A stretch of DNA of 62,813 nt, filler included, from Collodictyon triciliatum (lineage: Eukaryota): the NCBI GenBank assembly GCA_043381765.1. It is 8 parts of 8 records of this genome, joined end to end, with 100 filler letters (N's around TTAATTAATTAA, not from the genome) between each part and the next. Parts side by side here need not be neighbours in the genome. Positions count along the whole stretch, not along the records: positions 7,183 to 21,265 come from JBHJMP010000372.1; positions 21,366 to 27,210 come from JBHJMP010000374.1; 6 more parts are not named here. One strand, given 5' to 3'. The notes under the pieces are model-generated. The model searched no databases. It was not told where the DNA came from and saw nothing but the letters and a program-made list of their open reading frames with translations. Shown piece by piece: positions 14,103-25,500 of this stretch (position 1 is the first letter of the stretch; each line of letters starts with the position of its first letter). The position numbers and the translations under genes are program-made.

Positions 14103-14248
14103 GACGCCTTGCCTTCCGTTGAAAAGCCAACGCCTCTTCTCTCCCTCGGTTTCCCAGATGACAAGCAAGCAATACAATTGAGAGCGTGCATCTCACGAGC
14201 AAAGCTGCTGCTTTTTGTAGCAGAGGAAGTAGGAGCGCACTTGATTTA

Positions 14249-16906
14249 TTATTTTATAGATTTCCACATGGTTTCAGCTGACGACTGCTGAATCGCAGAC
14301 GGAGCGTTTGACAGCTCCTTCCACGCATCCAGAGTTGAATCCAGGACACGGCGCGGGACGGTAATCTGCAAGCTGCGAATATGCGTCAGACACACAAGGA
14401 AGCGATTGAGGCTGTCGTGTGCTGGTGAGCGTTGTCCGCCTGACTCGCTTCTTGAGCCGCCGACCACTCGACCGGCAGAGCTGTCCCAACGTGCTATCTC
14501 TCTCAGAAAAACATGTTCCACCAAGGACGCGCGCAACTCCGCCTCTTTCTCGCGAGACAGCAGCGCCACCAACTGAACCGCAGTAGCCGGAGAGCAGTAC
14601 GGATACACCCACGAGAAAAGGGCGGTGATGCGCTGCGTCTGCTTCAAGGCGCCGAGGCACACATCCAGCTTGGGCGACTCAAACTCGGGCTTTGGCGTCG
14701 GGTCTGACAGATGCTCGTCGAGTCCGAGCTGCATGTGCAGATAATCTGATTGCTGATTGCTTCCTGATGGCAGGGAAGAGGGAGAGGCTCGTGCACGCCT
14801 ATGAGCGACAGCTCCAGATAGACCGGACCCCACCTTGTCTATCTGCACCAGAATGACACGCGCCAAAGTCTCTGCATCGGAGTGGCGGGCGAGGGTGCGC
14901 ATGACCATGGTTATGGTGTAGGAAGACAAGTTGGGGCTTTCTTTCAGGTATTTCAGAAGGAGCTCGCTGCTTCTGAGTCGAGCCATACAGCGAAGAAGAT
15001 AGTCGTATGTGTATGCGTCTGGCTGGATTTCCTTTGTGACCATCTCGCGTGTGAGTTGCAAGGCCTCCGAGAGTGCCTCTGTTGTGTTTTGCTTGCAGAG
15101 GACGTGAACCAGCATGTTGTAAGACGTGCGATTGGGTGGAGTTTTATTCGTGTACATCATGGAAAATACCCGTTTGGACTGCGTCACATCTGATGCCTGG
15201 ACCCAACTGTACAACAAAGCATTGAGGAAGAAATGGGACAGACGTACTCCTTGCGCCTGTGTCTTGACTAAAAGTTCGTTTGCAAGTTGTGGTTCTCCGC
15301 CTTTGCCGAAAGCTCGCGCTGCATAAGTCAAGCAGCGGTCGTTCGGAACAAGTCCATCAGCACGGATCTGCTGGAGGATGGAGCGGGCGCTTCGGACATC
15401 CCCATGAACTGTAGTGGCCTCTAAAGCCAAAGAATAGTGGAATAGCTGAACTGGCTCGTTGGACTCTCGGATATGCCTCAAGATGGCCAGGGATAGCTCC
15501 GAGTTTCCGGCACGAGCGCATGGCAGAAGAAAAGCAGAATATGTATGGGGGTTGAAAAAGAGGCCGCGCTGATGTATTTGACGCAGTGTGGTAAGTAATA
15601 ACGTTGGTCTTCTGCTCGCAATGCACATTTCGAGAATCATGTTATATACTGCGATGTCGGGCGTAATTCCGTCTTCTTGCATCTCATGCATTATACGTTG
15701 AACCCCATTCAAATCCCGCTCCATTGTGCATGCCCGTATTAATACCGTGTACGTAGCAAGTGATGGCTTTAACCCTTGTATCTCCATTTCTCTTAAAAAT
15801 GACAATGCTTGCCGAGTTTGACCTGATTGAATAAATGCATCAAGGATGGCCGTATATAAAATTACATGATGGACAGCGCCTTTGGGCCCTCGACTCGATT
15901 TATCACCCATCTCAGGGAACTCTGCATTGTCGAGTCTGTAAGGATCTGCAGATGAGAGCCACTCCAAGTCACTTTTACCTGCTGAGTCCTTTCTCTGGGA
16001 TATTCCCTCCTCTTTCTTTTGATTAGCCCCAACTTCTTCAGGGTCTCTTTTGCCGGTGTAGTTAAAGTCAAAGTCTGCGGGTGATGCAAAGCTGCGAATA
16101 AAATCTATTTGCGAATGATTTGATTTACTGAACCTCTCCCGGTCTATCTCGTTCTGTTTATTCGACGCAATATCATTTCTACCCCGGCTGACATCCTCCT
16201 TCCCTTCACTCTGCTCCTTATAACGCAGATTCACCTTGCTCTGTGCATGGCGGAAAAGCGACTCAGCGTGGTCAAGTCGACCGGCCTTCCCATAAGCCGA
16301 AATGAGGACAGCATATGAAGCTGGCAAAGGCTGGATGGAAAGTGCTGGGAGAGTATCAAACACTTTGGCTGCGTGCTGCACAAGACCTTCGGCGCAAAAC
16401 AATCGCACCAGACGATGAATTGCGATAGCAGATGTGTAGTTTGGAATGAGCTCGGTGGAAGGTGAAGCCGAGACGCCGTCCTCTTTGCTGTGTTTTGCTG
16501 CGGCTGTACTTGCCAAGGACTCGAGATACTCTAGAGCGCGGATTGGTTGCTGCTGTTCCATATGATTGCGAAGCATCTGCAAGGGCGTAAGCAGCGGACG
16601 AGAAGGCATCGGCTGCAGCTTGTGCAGAGGTGTTACAGAAGAAGCGTTGTTTGCATAGAGCCCGTGTGGCTTTTGAGAGGTGTCATTGAGTCGATAGCGC
16701 GGCTTCTGCACAATCGGCCGATCCCACTGCCTTTCGGTCGCCTCCTGCTTCGGCCTTTCTGTGGGCCGCCTCTTGTGGGGGACGACAAAGTCATCGACAT
16801 AGGACTCTGTGGAAAAGAGTCTGCCCAGTCTTGTCTCTGTCAGAAAGGCAGGCTTGCCTTGGCGTGTGCAGTGGCAGATGCCGATGGATCGGGCCAGAAG
16901 GAGCAT
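14249..16906 (-). CDS. Pentatricopeptide repeat (PPR) protein, probably mitochondrial, single exon, about 885 aa
   Basis: Tandem 35-aa motifs (YAVLISAYGKAGRLDHAESLF; YTAILDAFIQSGQTRQALSFLREMEIQGLKPS; YNMLVHVLCK..MVTKEIQPD). The N-terminus from ATG 16906 is Arg-rich and presequence-like. Confidence 0.9.
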   Translation of the reverse strand: MLLLARSIGICHCTRQGKPAFLTETRLGRLFSTESYVDDFVVPHKRRPTERPKQEATERQWDRPIVQKPRYRLNDTSQKPHGLYANNASSVTPLHKLQPMPSRPLLTPLQMLRNHMEQQQPIRALEYLESLASTAAAKHSKEDGVSASPSTELIPNYTSAIAIHRLVRLFCAEGLVQHAAKVFDTLPALSIQPLPASYAVLISAYGKAGRLDHAESLFRHAQSKVNLRYKEQSEGKEDVSRGRNDIASNKQNEIDRERFSKSNHSQIDFIRSFASPADFDFNYTGKRDPEEVGANQKKEEGISQRKDSAGKSDLEWLSSADPYRLDNAEFPEMGDKSSRGPKGAVHHVILYTAILDAFIQSGQTRQALSFLREMEIQGLKPSLATYTVLIRACTMERDLNGVQRIMHEMQEDGITPDIAVYNMILEMCIASRRPTLLLTTLRQIHQRGLFFNPHTYSAFLLPCARAGNSELSLAILRHIRESNEPVQLFHYSLALEATTVHGDVRSARSILQQIRADGLVPNDRCLTYAARAFGKGGEPQLANELLVKTQAQGVRLSHFFLNALLYSWVQASDVTQSKRVFSMMYTNKTPPNRTSYNMLVHVLCKQNTTEALSEALQLTREMVTKEIQPDAYTYDYLLRCMARLRSSELLLKYLKESPNLSSYTITMVMRTLARHSDAETLARVILVQIDKVGSGLSGAVAHRRARASPSSLPSGSNQQSDYLHMQLGLDEHLSDPTPKPEFESPKLDVCLGALKQTQRITALFSWVYPYCSPATAVQLVALLSREKEAELRASLVEHVFLREIARWDSSAGRVVGGSRSESGGQRSPAHDSLNRFLVCLTHIRSLQITVPRRVLDSTLDAWKELSNAPSAIQQSSAETMWKSIK

Positions 16907-17277
16907 TGCGGTGGCCTCTTTCAAAGAGTGTGGCCTGCTAGGCCAAGTGATCTGTGTTTCATAGAATGCTTGAGTGGAGGCATTGACTTTCTTTTTTGCA
17001 GTGCCCCGATCCGTTTCTTCGTCTTTATTTTTTTTATTTTATTTTATTGTGTTTTTTCATTAGTATTATTTGATTTGTTAATGTCAGGCACTGACAGAGT
17101 AAAGAGGGAGCTGTCAGGCTTTTATCTTAATCTTGTCTTCATAGAGTTGTGGCATTTTGTTAGTTTAGATCTACACATAGGGATAAAGTCAGGCAATGAG
17201 GACAAAGACTGATGGCGTATTCCGATAAGCCTTTCTGCATTTCCCAACATCTTTCTTTTTTGTTTGTTGCTCTGTTT

Positions 17278-20200
17278 CTATTGCTCAAAGGGCTGTATTT
17301 GGTTGATTTGGCTAAACCTTGGAAACATCTCTCTTACGTTGAAGGCAGGCGGTCGAGGAGAGTCTCCTTTTGAAAACATTTTTGTCCACATCGGCCGTAT
17401 GAATCCAAAAGAAATTGTAACCGCGAACCATAAGATGTTAAAGCCAATTAAAAAGCCCATGACCCATGATTGTGAGTCCAACAGAAAAGAAAGGAGAATA
17501 AGAAAATAGGAGAAGAATATGAGGTATAGACTTGACGCCTCCATCAAGTTTTCCATGTCGGATTTGTAGGGTCGATACTTTTCGTGAATCCAAATGCATG
17601 CCTACACAAAATTATAGATAAGCTCACATTAATGAATAACGAATTAATTCTTCCTTAAATATGCTTTCTCATACAACTAATCAAAAAGAATTAAAATTGA
17701 GGTCGGCTTTTTTTTTTTAAAAAAAAAAAAAGCAAGCACTCACTTGAATCACAATTATAAGAAGAAGAAAGAACACCGATGGTTGATTGTAAGGAATGAC
17801 GCTGATTACAAACGAAAATACCACTCTCCTTATTATTATCACCAGCTCCCAAAACTTCAGATTCTAAAGATTTGTTTGGGTTCAGGAATATTGTTATTTT
17901 GAGTTATTAATTATAAAGATATTTTCTTTCATACCTCTTTATAAGGAAGATAAAGAAATCCGAATCGTTCTCTGCTGTTCCGGCCAGATTCTTCTGTGAT
18001 ATGATTCAATTTCCACCAAATAAAAGCAGGGAGTCCAGCCAAGAAAAATATCAACATCAATACAGACGGAACTAGCATTCTCTTGAACTCGGCCGACACG
18101 GGATTACATTGCACCCACGGGGCATAATTCAGATACCATGCTTTGTCACCCTCGTCATATACTGTGCACCCAAAGACTCCAAATATCTCGCGAGCGATTG
18201 AATAGTACATTAAAAATAGTATTTGCAGCATTATGTATATCGCCTGTTCATTAAAAAAAAAACAAGTTATTTCTATTCAAATAGTAATCATAATCAGTTC
18301 AAACGACTTGAGGAAGAAACATATATTGCCCCAGAAGTATAAAATTACTATCATTCGATTCATTTCGAATGTGCAGAAAAAAAAAAGTCTAACACATGAA
18401 ACATATGAAATTATAGAACTTCTTGTTATTTGAACTTACTTTGTTTTTTAATTTTCCTCTTGCGATGTAAAATAAGCCCATTCCAATCACTAGTACGATG
18501 GGTATTCTGAGAAAGCTTACAATTAACGGATTCAGAGCATTTGTGGATTGAAGGATACAAGAAAGGCTCGGCATTTGGATAGACCCAACCGAATATGATA
18601 TATTTATGAACGAGTTCGCATTTTCATCTTGAATAAAACTGATAGGCAGAATGGAAAGTGTCTGGACGTGGAATAGGATGATTCGAAGCTTGGCTAAAAT
18701 AATATATAACGAAGGGTATTACTATCTGATATGTATTACACACATGTAAACTTGCCCAAATTGATAATAGAATGGTTATGTCTTTAATAAATTTTAACCT
18801 GATGAAGACGAATCCCAATAATAAAGATACGCTAGGAAAAATCCGAATCCAATCAACACGAGGATTACCATCGATATCCTAGCCACACTGTCGCATTTCA
18901 CACAAGACCTTCCCTGGCTCCCATAGCCAACCTCACATTTTGAACATGCATGCCCTTCGTATCCATCCTTGCAAAGTGTAGTGAATGTAGGTATATTCTT
19001 CCAAGTCGAATCTTTAACAGGAATTATCGTGCTGCATGACTCTGGTCGGGGGCATGGTAGTAGTTTTTGTACGCTTTTGACATCAGGGGAAGCATGGCAT
19101 TTTTTGAGTGTTATACCGTCAGTGCAATCGCATTCCCTTGGACACTGAATGCATTTGTCTCCGAAGCCAAAATAGTTAGGAAGGCACTTGCATAAGGCAT
19201 AGTCATAGTATTTTGCATCAAGTTCTACATCTGTTTCCACTAATCCTGTATTTGATATAACCATGGGACACATGTACAACTTAGAATTATCCTCAAGTTG
19301 ATATGAGTGAGTGTAATTCATGAATAAGGGTAGCAAGCTAGAACTCATATGACTCAGACTGGTATTTTTCAAGCCTATGTATTCTAGCTTGGAAAATAGG
19401 TCAAATGACTCTGGTATGCTTCCGAGGATAGGATTTTCAGATACATCTAACTTTGTCCATTCAAGGAGATTGTTTGAATCACCCAAGCCAACAATTCGGT
19501 TACTTTTGAGACTCAGTGTCTTCATATTCCGGGCTAAGGTAAAAATCCGAGTATCAACTCGACCTTGAAATCTATTCCCATCAAGGATAAGGTTTTCATA
19601 CGTATAATTGTAATCAGCGATGTTGTGAGAAAGAAATGGAACGATAAAGTCTCCAACATCCCCAGTGAATTTGTTCCATGACAAATCTATCGTCACCAAA
19701 TTAGGGAGATTCCAAAACAACAGTGGCATTGTCCCTTCGAGTTGGTTGTGGGAAAGAATCAAGTTTTTTAATTGATAGAGGCTCTGCACAAACGCAGGAA
19801 CTTTCCCGACCAGATTATTCCTCGAAAAGTCGACATGCTGGACGTTTGGTGCATCTAGAGTGGCTGAAATAGGCCCAAAGAGCTTGTTTTCTCCAATGTC
19901 TAGACCTTTCAACCGTGGAAGCCTCCACGAAGGGAGTGACCCGTTCAATTGATTGCGATAAAGAGCTAATTTTTCAAGGAGTCCACTTGTCTTAAATGTA
20001 GGAATGTCCCCAGATAATTGATTATCGTAGAGAATTAATGAAATCACAGATGTCATGCTGGAAAACGTTGGGATGGTGCCTTCATATTTTATTTTATTTT
20101 TTTTAAAAAAAAGAATGAGTTCACAAATCATCTGGTGTGACTTGAGTAATCAAAAAGTAATTTCGTAAGAATTATATTGCGCACCTGTCAACTTATTTCT

Positions 20201-21133
20201 GGCGACATTTAGTTCCCTTACTCTTCGAAAGCTTTCAAAATTTGGTAAGGTACCTGTGTCGCGGTTCGATTTTTAATAACTTCAAAATAAAGTTATCCAA
20301 TTTCATATTATATGCTTAAAAACAGCAAATCTTTCATTCAAAGTTAAAGAAATATCGTAATATCTTGAAGTATTTGACCTTCAAGAAAATTATTCGCCAG
20401 GTATAGATAAAGCACATTCGGGATGCCCTCGAAGCTCGGTATCGTTCCTATTCAAAATAATAAGGTGGTAAATACATTATACTTTTTTTTTAAAAAAAAA
20501 ATTGTAGTGTTTTAATTTCTAATTGCAAAAATTTCTGTTTCAAGAGCGAGAGGTAAAAGGAATACCATTTAGTGAGTTGACAGACAAGAATAAATAGTTT
20601 ATCGATGGGATGTTTGAGAAATTGGGTATTGTTCCTGTTGAGAAGTAGTAGGTTAAATGAGAGATTTTTTTTTATTAAATTGTGACAACTCAAGTTGTAC
20701 CAGTGAATTGGTTACTATATAAGAAAAATATCTGGACTCTTGGAATTTTGTCAAAGTTTGGAATCGTTCCTGGTGCGTAAATAAAAAAATTAAGAATTCG
20801 ATACCCACTTGTGGCAACCTGAATGCTATTTATAATTTTTTTATGCTAAAGTGAGGATATTAACCTGATAACCGGTTGTTAGATATGTATAACTCTGTAA
20901 TGAATGGCATGCTGGAGAAATTTGGTACAGTTCCTGAATTTATTCATATGATATTTAATCATGTATCTACTAGGTGAATAAGCATACTCAGATATTAGAA
21001 AAAAATCCTTCATTTGATTCAAAGCATGTATTAGAAAATGTACATATAGAGAAATGGTGTTTACCCGTGAAGTTGTTACTTGAAATGTAAAATATGGACA
21101 TGTATCTTATATTTGAGAAGTCGGGAACGGAGC
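17278..21133 (-). CDS. LRR - cysteine-rich - multi-pass transmembrane receptor-like protein (5' partial)
   Basis: Six 69-nt exons each encode one GxIPxFxxxxxLxxLxLxxNxL repeat. Exon 18799-20079 has further LxxLxLxxNxLxG repeats, a Cys-rich stretch (CKDGYEGHACSKCEVGY) and the first TM segment. Further hydrophobic exons run to TAG at 17278-17280. Confidence 0.85.
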
Positions 21134-21265
21134 CTGCGCAATATTATAGATTTATAGCTTCGACCCTTCGAATTATTATTTTTTTTTTAAAAAAAAAAAG
21201 AGAGAAAAAGAGAGAAAAAGAGAGAAAAAGAGAGAAAAAGAGAGAAAAAGAGAGAAAAAGAGAGA

Positions 21266-21365
21266 NNNNNNNNNNNNNNNNNNNNNNNNNNNNNNNNNNN
21301 NNNNNNNNNTTAATTAATTAANNNNNNNNNNNNNNNNNNNNNNNNNNNNNNNNNNNNNNNNNNNN
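21266..21365. other. Artificial scaffold linker
   Basis: N44-TTAATTAATTAA-N44. Confidence 0.97.
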
Positions 21366-21462
21366 AACAAACAAACAAACAAACAAACAAACAAACAAAC
21401 AAACAAACAAACAAACAAACAAACAAACAAACAAACAAACAAACAAACAAACAAACAAACAA
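21366..21462. repeat. (AAAC)n microsatellite at scaffold start
   Basis: Directly visible. Confidence 0.95.
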
Positions 21463-22595
21463 AAAACGAACCAGGGTGAGCAATGGCCAAGATGTCTGCA
21501 CAGAAAAAGACCCTTGCTTCGCTCACAACCCCCAACCTTCTTGTTCTTCGCATCTTGCGTTCTCCTAAACACCAACATATTATGTCGCACACAGGCACCC
21601 TCATCGCCATCCCGCTTGCGAGCTGATTCCGAACCGCAGACGTAATCTTTGCGCCGTGTCTGTGCGAGGATTTCGTGAGTGTGGTACAAGCCGGGTGTGA
21701 GAGAGAGTCCTTTGTGCTGGGGAATAGGCCCGCCGCACACTCGAAATCATGCCATCACGGCGCAAGTAGACGGCCGCATCCGCTTACCAACACACCGCTG
21801 CAAGTCCACAAAACGCTACGGAGTCGGAGAAGACAAAGGCGGAGGCGAAGGACTCTGGTGGGCGCGAACAGATTATTTCTTGCAAGATGAGATGGCGATG
21901 TCGTTTTCGTGAGGATGCAGCGAAGTAAGCATGGTTTGGATGCAGAAGAATCATCTGGACGAGAGCTTCGCGGTGCGTGGGCGATAGCAGAGAGGGACGC
22001 AGAAGCTGCTTTTGATGGGCGGCGAGGAAAGCTTGGGAGAGTAGATAGGTGTCTGGTGATGATTCGGGTCGAGACTGGTCTGGTCGAGTCTGGTTGGGAT
22101 GGAGCTGGGGCGTGTTGTTTGCTGACAAGCTCCCACAAACGCGAGAGCTACAGAAAAAGCTCACAGCTGAGCGGAGATGGCGTGAGTGCCGGGAGGTGTG
22201 GGAGAGAAGGAGTGCTTATCGATGGAGACATACACATGATAAGGAAATGGTTGAAAGAAGAAAGTAATGCGAGCCTAAGAAAGAATGCAACATATTCATA
22301 AAAAAGAATGATGCAGGGATTTTTTTTGTCATATAAGCATATAACCCCACCCCCACGCCATAAAGCTTTAGATAAAAATTTAAAAAACTTATCATATTAA
22401 GAGCAGCAAAAAGGAACCTGGTGAATGGTCGGGGCATTTATTGGAGAAAAGGGCAAATGCGTGATCTTTATAAATAAAAAGAGGTACTTGAAAAGTTATC
22501 TATGTAATTTGAAAAAAAAAACACAAAGCAAAGGCAATCTAAAAAAAGAATCATCGAGCATCTTCATTGATGTTTGACATGATGAGATGCAGCTG

Positions 22596-25500
22596 TCAAG
22601 TGAAGAAGAGTCTTCGATTCTCTGAATAATGAAACACTTTTCGGTCATATGGACATTTTGTTCTCCTTGTTCCGTCTGTGTTTTGGTCAGTGCATGCCAT
22701 ACAGCACAAATGACCGCTATAGAGGTTTATATGAATCGATTTTAAGGAAATAGTATTTTAAGACGCCTGCCTATTTCAAATGACAATATGAACTATATAT
22801 TTACACAAATTTATAAACAACAAGATAGTTATTCGGTTTACCAAGGGAAGCACACATCCACAGGATTCGTGTAACTAAAATGTTTTTTATATAAAAAAAC
22901 CCCATTAACGTTTTAGACATTTAAAACGCATGACCTATTTCTTAACGTCACATGCCTCTGCTTTAACAATGACCATATCATTTTATCATGATGGAATACA
23001 TAGATGAAATTTTGAAATTCATTTTCCAGCTTTTAAAAAGACTGATTAAAAAGAAGCGAGCACGATATATATAATGAGTCTGATAAATTCTCACCATAAA
23101 TTACATATGTAAACATTATCAAAGTCTTCTTTCTCCTGTCTCAATATTTGACATTCATTAACAACCTGCTCCAATTTTAATTTCAATGTCCCAATCTCTG
23201 ATGCTCCTTCTTTCGATATCTTTTCAGGTGGATCATATATATATCAATGTAAGAAGACCAGGTTGTGAGAGAATTTGTGCAATTGAGAGATGTACGTGAG
23301 AACTTCATTCATTCATTCATTCATACATACATAATCTATTCATACATACATTCATACATACATACATACATACATACATACATACATACATACATACATA
23401 CATACATACATACATACATACATACATACATACATANNNNNNNNNNNNNNNNNNNNNNNNNNNNNNNNNNNNNNNNNNNNNNNNNNNNNNNNNNNNNNNN
23501 NNNNNNNNNNNNNNNNNNNNNNNNNNNNNNNNNNNNTACATACATACATACATACATACATACATACATACATACATACATACATACATACATACATACA
23601 TACATACATACATACATACATACATACATACATACATACATACATACATACACATACAGAAAAAGGAATTAGGGCGTTATTGGTACCGTTCTATATTTCT
23701 CAGCAAAGGACGTTAAGAGGGCAATCTTTATATGTTCGTGATATGAAAGACCCAAAAGTCTTTCAAATTCTCGAGCGAACGAATCTGGGGTCAGAAAGTA
23801 TTTGAACATTAATGAAACCAATCAATCTATGTTTCAATATCTAGTATTTTTCAATTTGGGAATACTTATCCGTATAAAAAATAAATCTCACCTAGATTTT
23901 CCACTGTACCACTTGAGACTAGGAGGATATAATCAAAACAACATCTATTCTTTATTGTGCCATCTACACGAAGAAATAATGTCTGTAAATATTCAACCAT
24001 CTCGATTAAATCAGAGCCTATCCTTTTATCACTAGTTTTTTTTTGAAAAAAAAGGACGAATAAAATACCCTCAGCGTTCGTTATCAATTCTATGTTTCTG
24101 ATTACTTCTCTTCTGAAAGTATTCGAGAATGTTTCCCCCCAGTAACTGTAGAGCTTAGAGAGCAATATTTTTTCTGCTTGTGGCTTTCTTGGGACCCTGT
24201 ATAACAAAAAAAAAATTAACTCATTTGAGCTAATGCTAACATATATAAAGGGCATTTGTTGAGAAAAATCATGAAATAAAGGATGTCATTTTTACCATAA
24301 GGGTTTATGAAAAAGAAACTAACATTCTATGAGTCACAAAAAGGGACAAAGCCATTGTAAATTCCTCACAAAGATCGGCTTCTTCATTAACAAGCTCATG
24401 CATCCTAGGATGTATTGAAACAGTATTGAGCAGCAAATAAAAAAGAAACATAAAAAGGTACTCTATCCCTTCTTTCTAATTATCGAAAACATCACTTTGA
24501 GTTTTCAGATAAAAGGGTCATGGTGTGAAGGGAGAAGTCTTGGACGGCCGAAGCAATCTTCTCAGTGTCTTGTCTGTAATATATTCTCATTATTTCATGC
24601 TATATTTTTCTCTTGGTTTAAAAGTGAAGATCTACTTTCTCGCATTCTCAATGGTTTTTTCCATCATCCTTATGCAAATCTGAACAATTTGTAGTTGAAG
24701 GGTAAAGTCACTAACTTTCTCTAACTTTGGTATAAGTCTCGAGAACACCGTTGATATTCTAACCTAATGATAAAAAATTGAGTCAATATTTTTTTCAATG
24801 GGCGTGCCATCCTTTTCACTCAATAATTAGTGACCATGTGGTATTAGATTCTTCTTACAGTCTTACATTTAAGCGGAATGTTCTTCATAAAAGAATATTG
24901 ACGTACTATGGTATCCAGAAACATGTCTTGATTTGTGGGTTCACAAGAAACTAAGCTTTGAAACGTTATTATAATAAATTTCCATCTAGTGGAAATGTTG
25001 TTGGCCTGAGTGGCTAGCTGAGCCAATGTGTCCAAAATCTACATAATCGGGACAAAAAAAAATAAAACAAAAATCCATACTATTGGCATACAGATACAGA
25101 TACAGATACAGATACAGATACAGATACAGATACAGATACAGATACAGATACAGATACAGATACAGATACAGATACAGATACAGATACAGATACAGATACA
25201 GATACGGATACGGATACGAATACGGATACGGATACAGATACAGATAACACAAAACTGCCTTCAAAGAGCTAAAAAAAAATTAGAGCGAAGGGATAATAGC
25301 GTTCAAAAGAAACTTATATTCACTTGAGAAAGAACGTTTGATGATTTAGAGCCCTGCAAATTGAATTTGTCGAAGACACACAAGATTTCTTCTGCTGCAA
25401 TACCAACTATCAAATCAAAAACAAAGTCTTGTTTCGATTTTATAACTTCGTGGTGTGAAATCAGTTTTTGGAAAAACGACCAAATCACTTCTATTTTGCA

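Noticed and set aside
16547-17212. 221-aa plus-strand ORF
   Set aside because: It is antisense to the PPR 5' region, runs into T-rich non-coding DNA and has a non-ATG start.
21470-22210. GC-rich region with overlapping ORFs, a short minus-strand ATG ORF (MLTSLHPHENDIAISSCKK) and possible small exons
   Set aside because: It is probably the 5' leader or first exons of a gene cut by the scaffold edge, but no frame or product can be supported.
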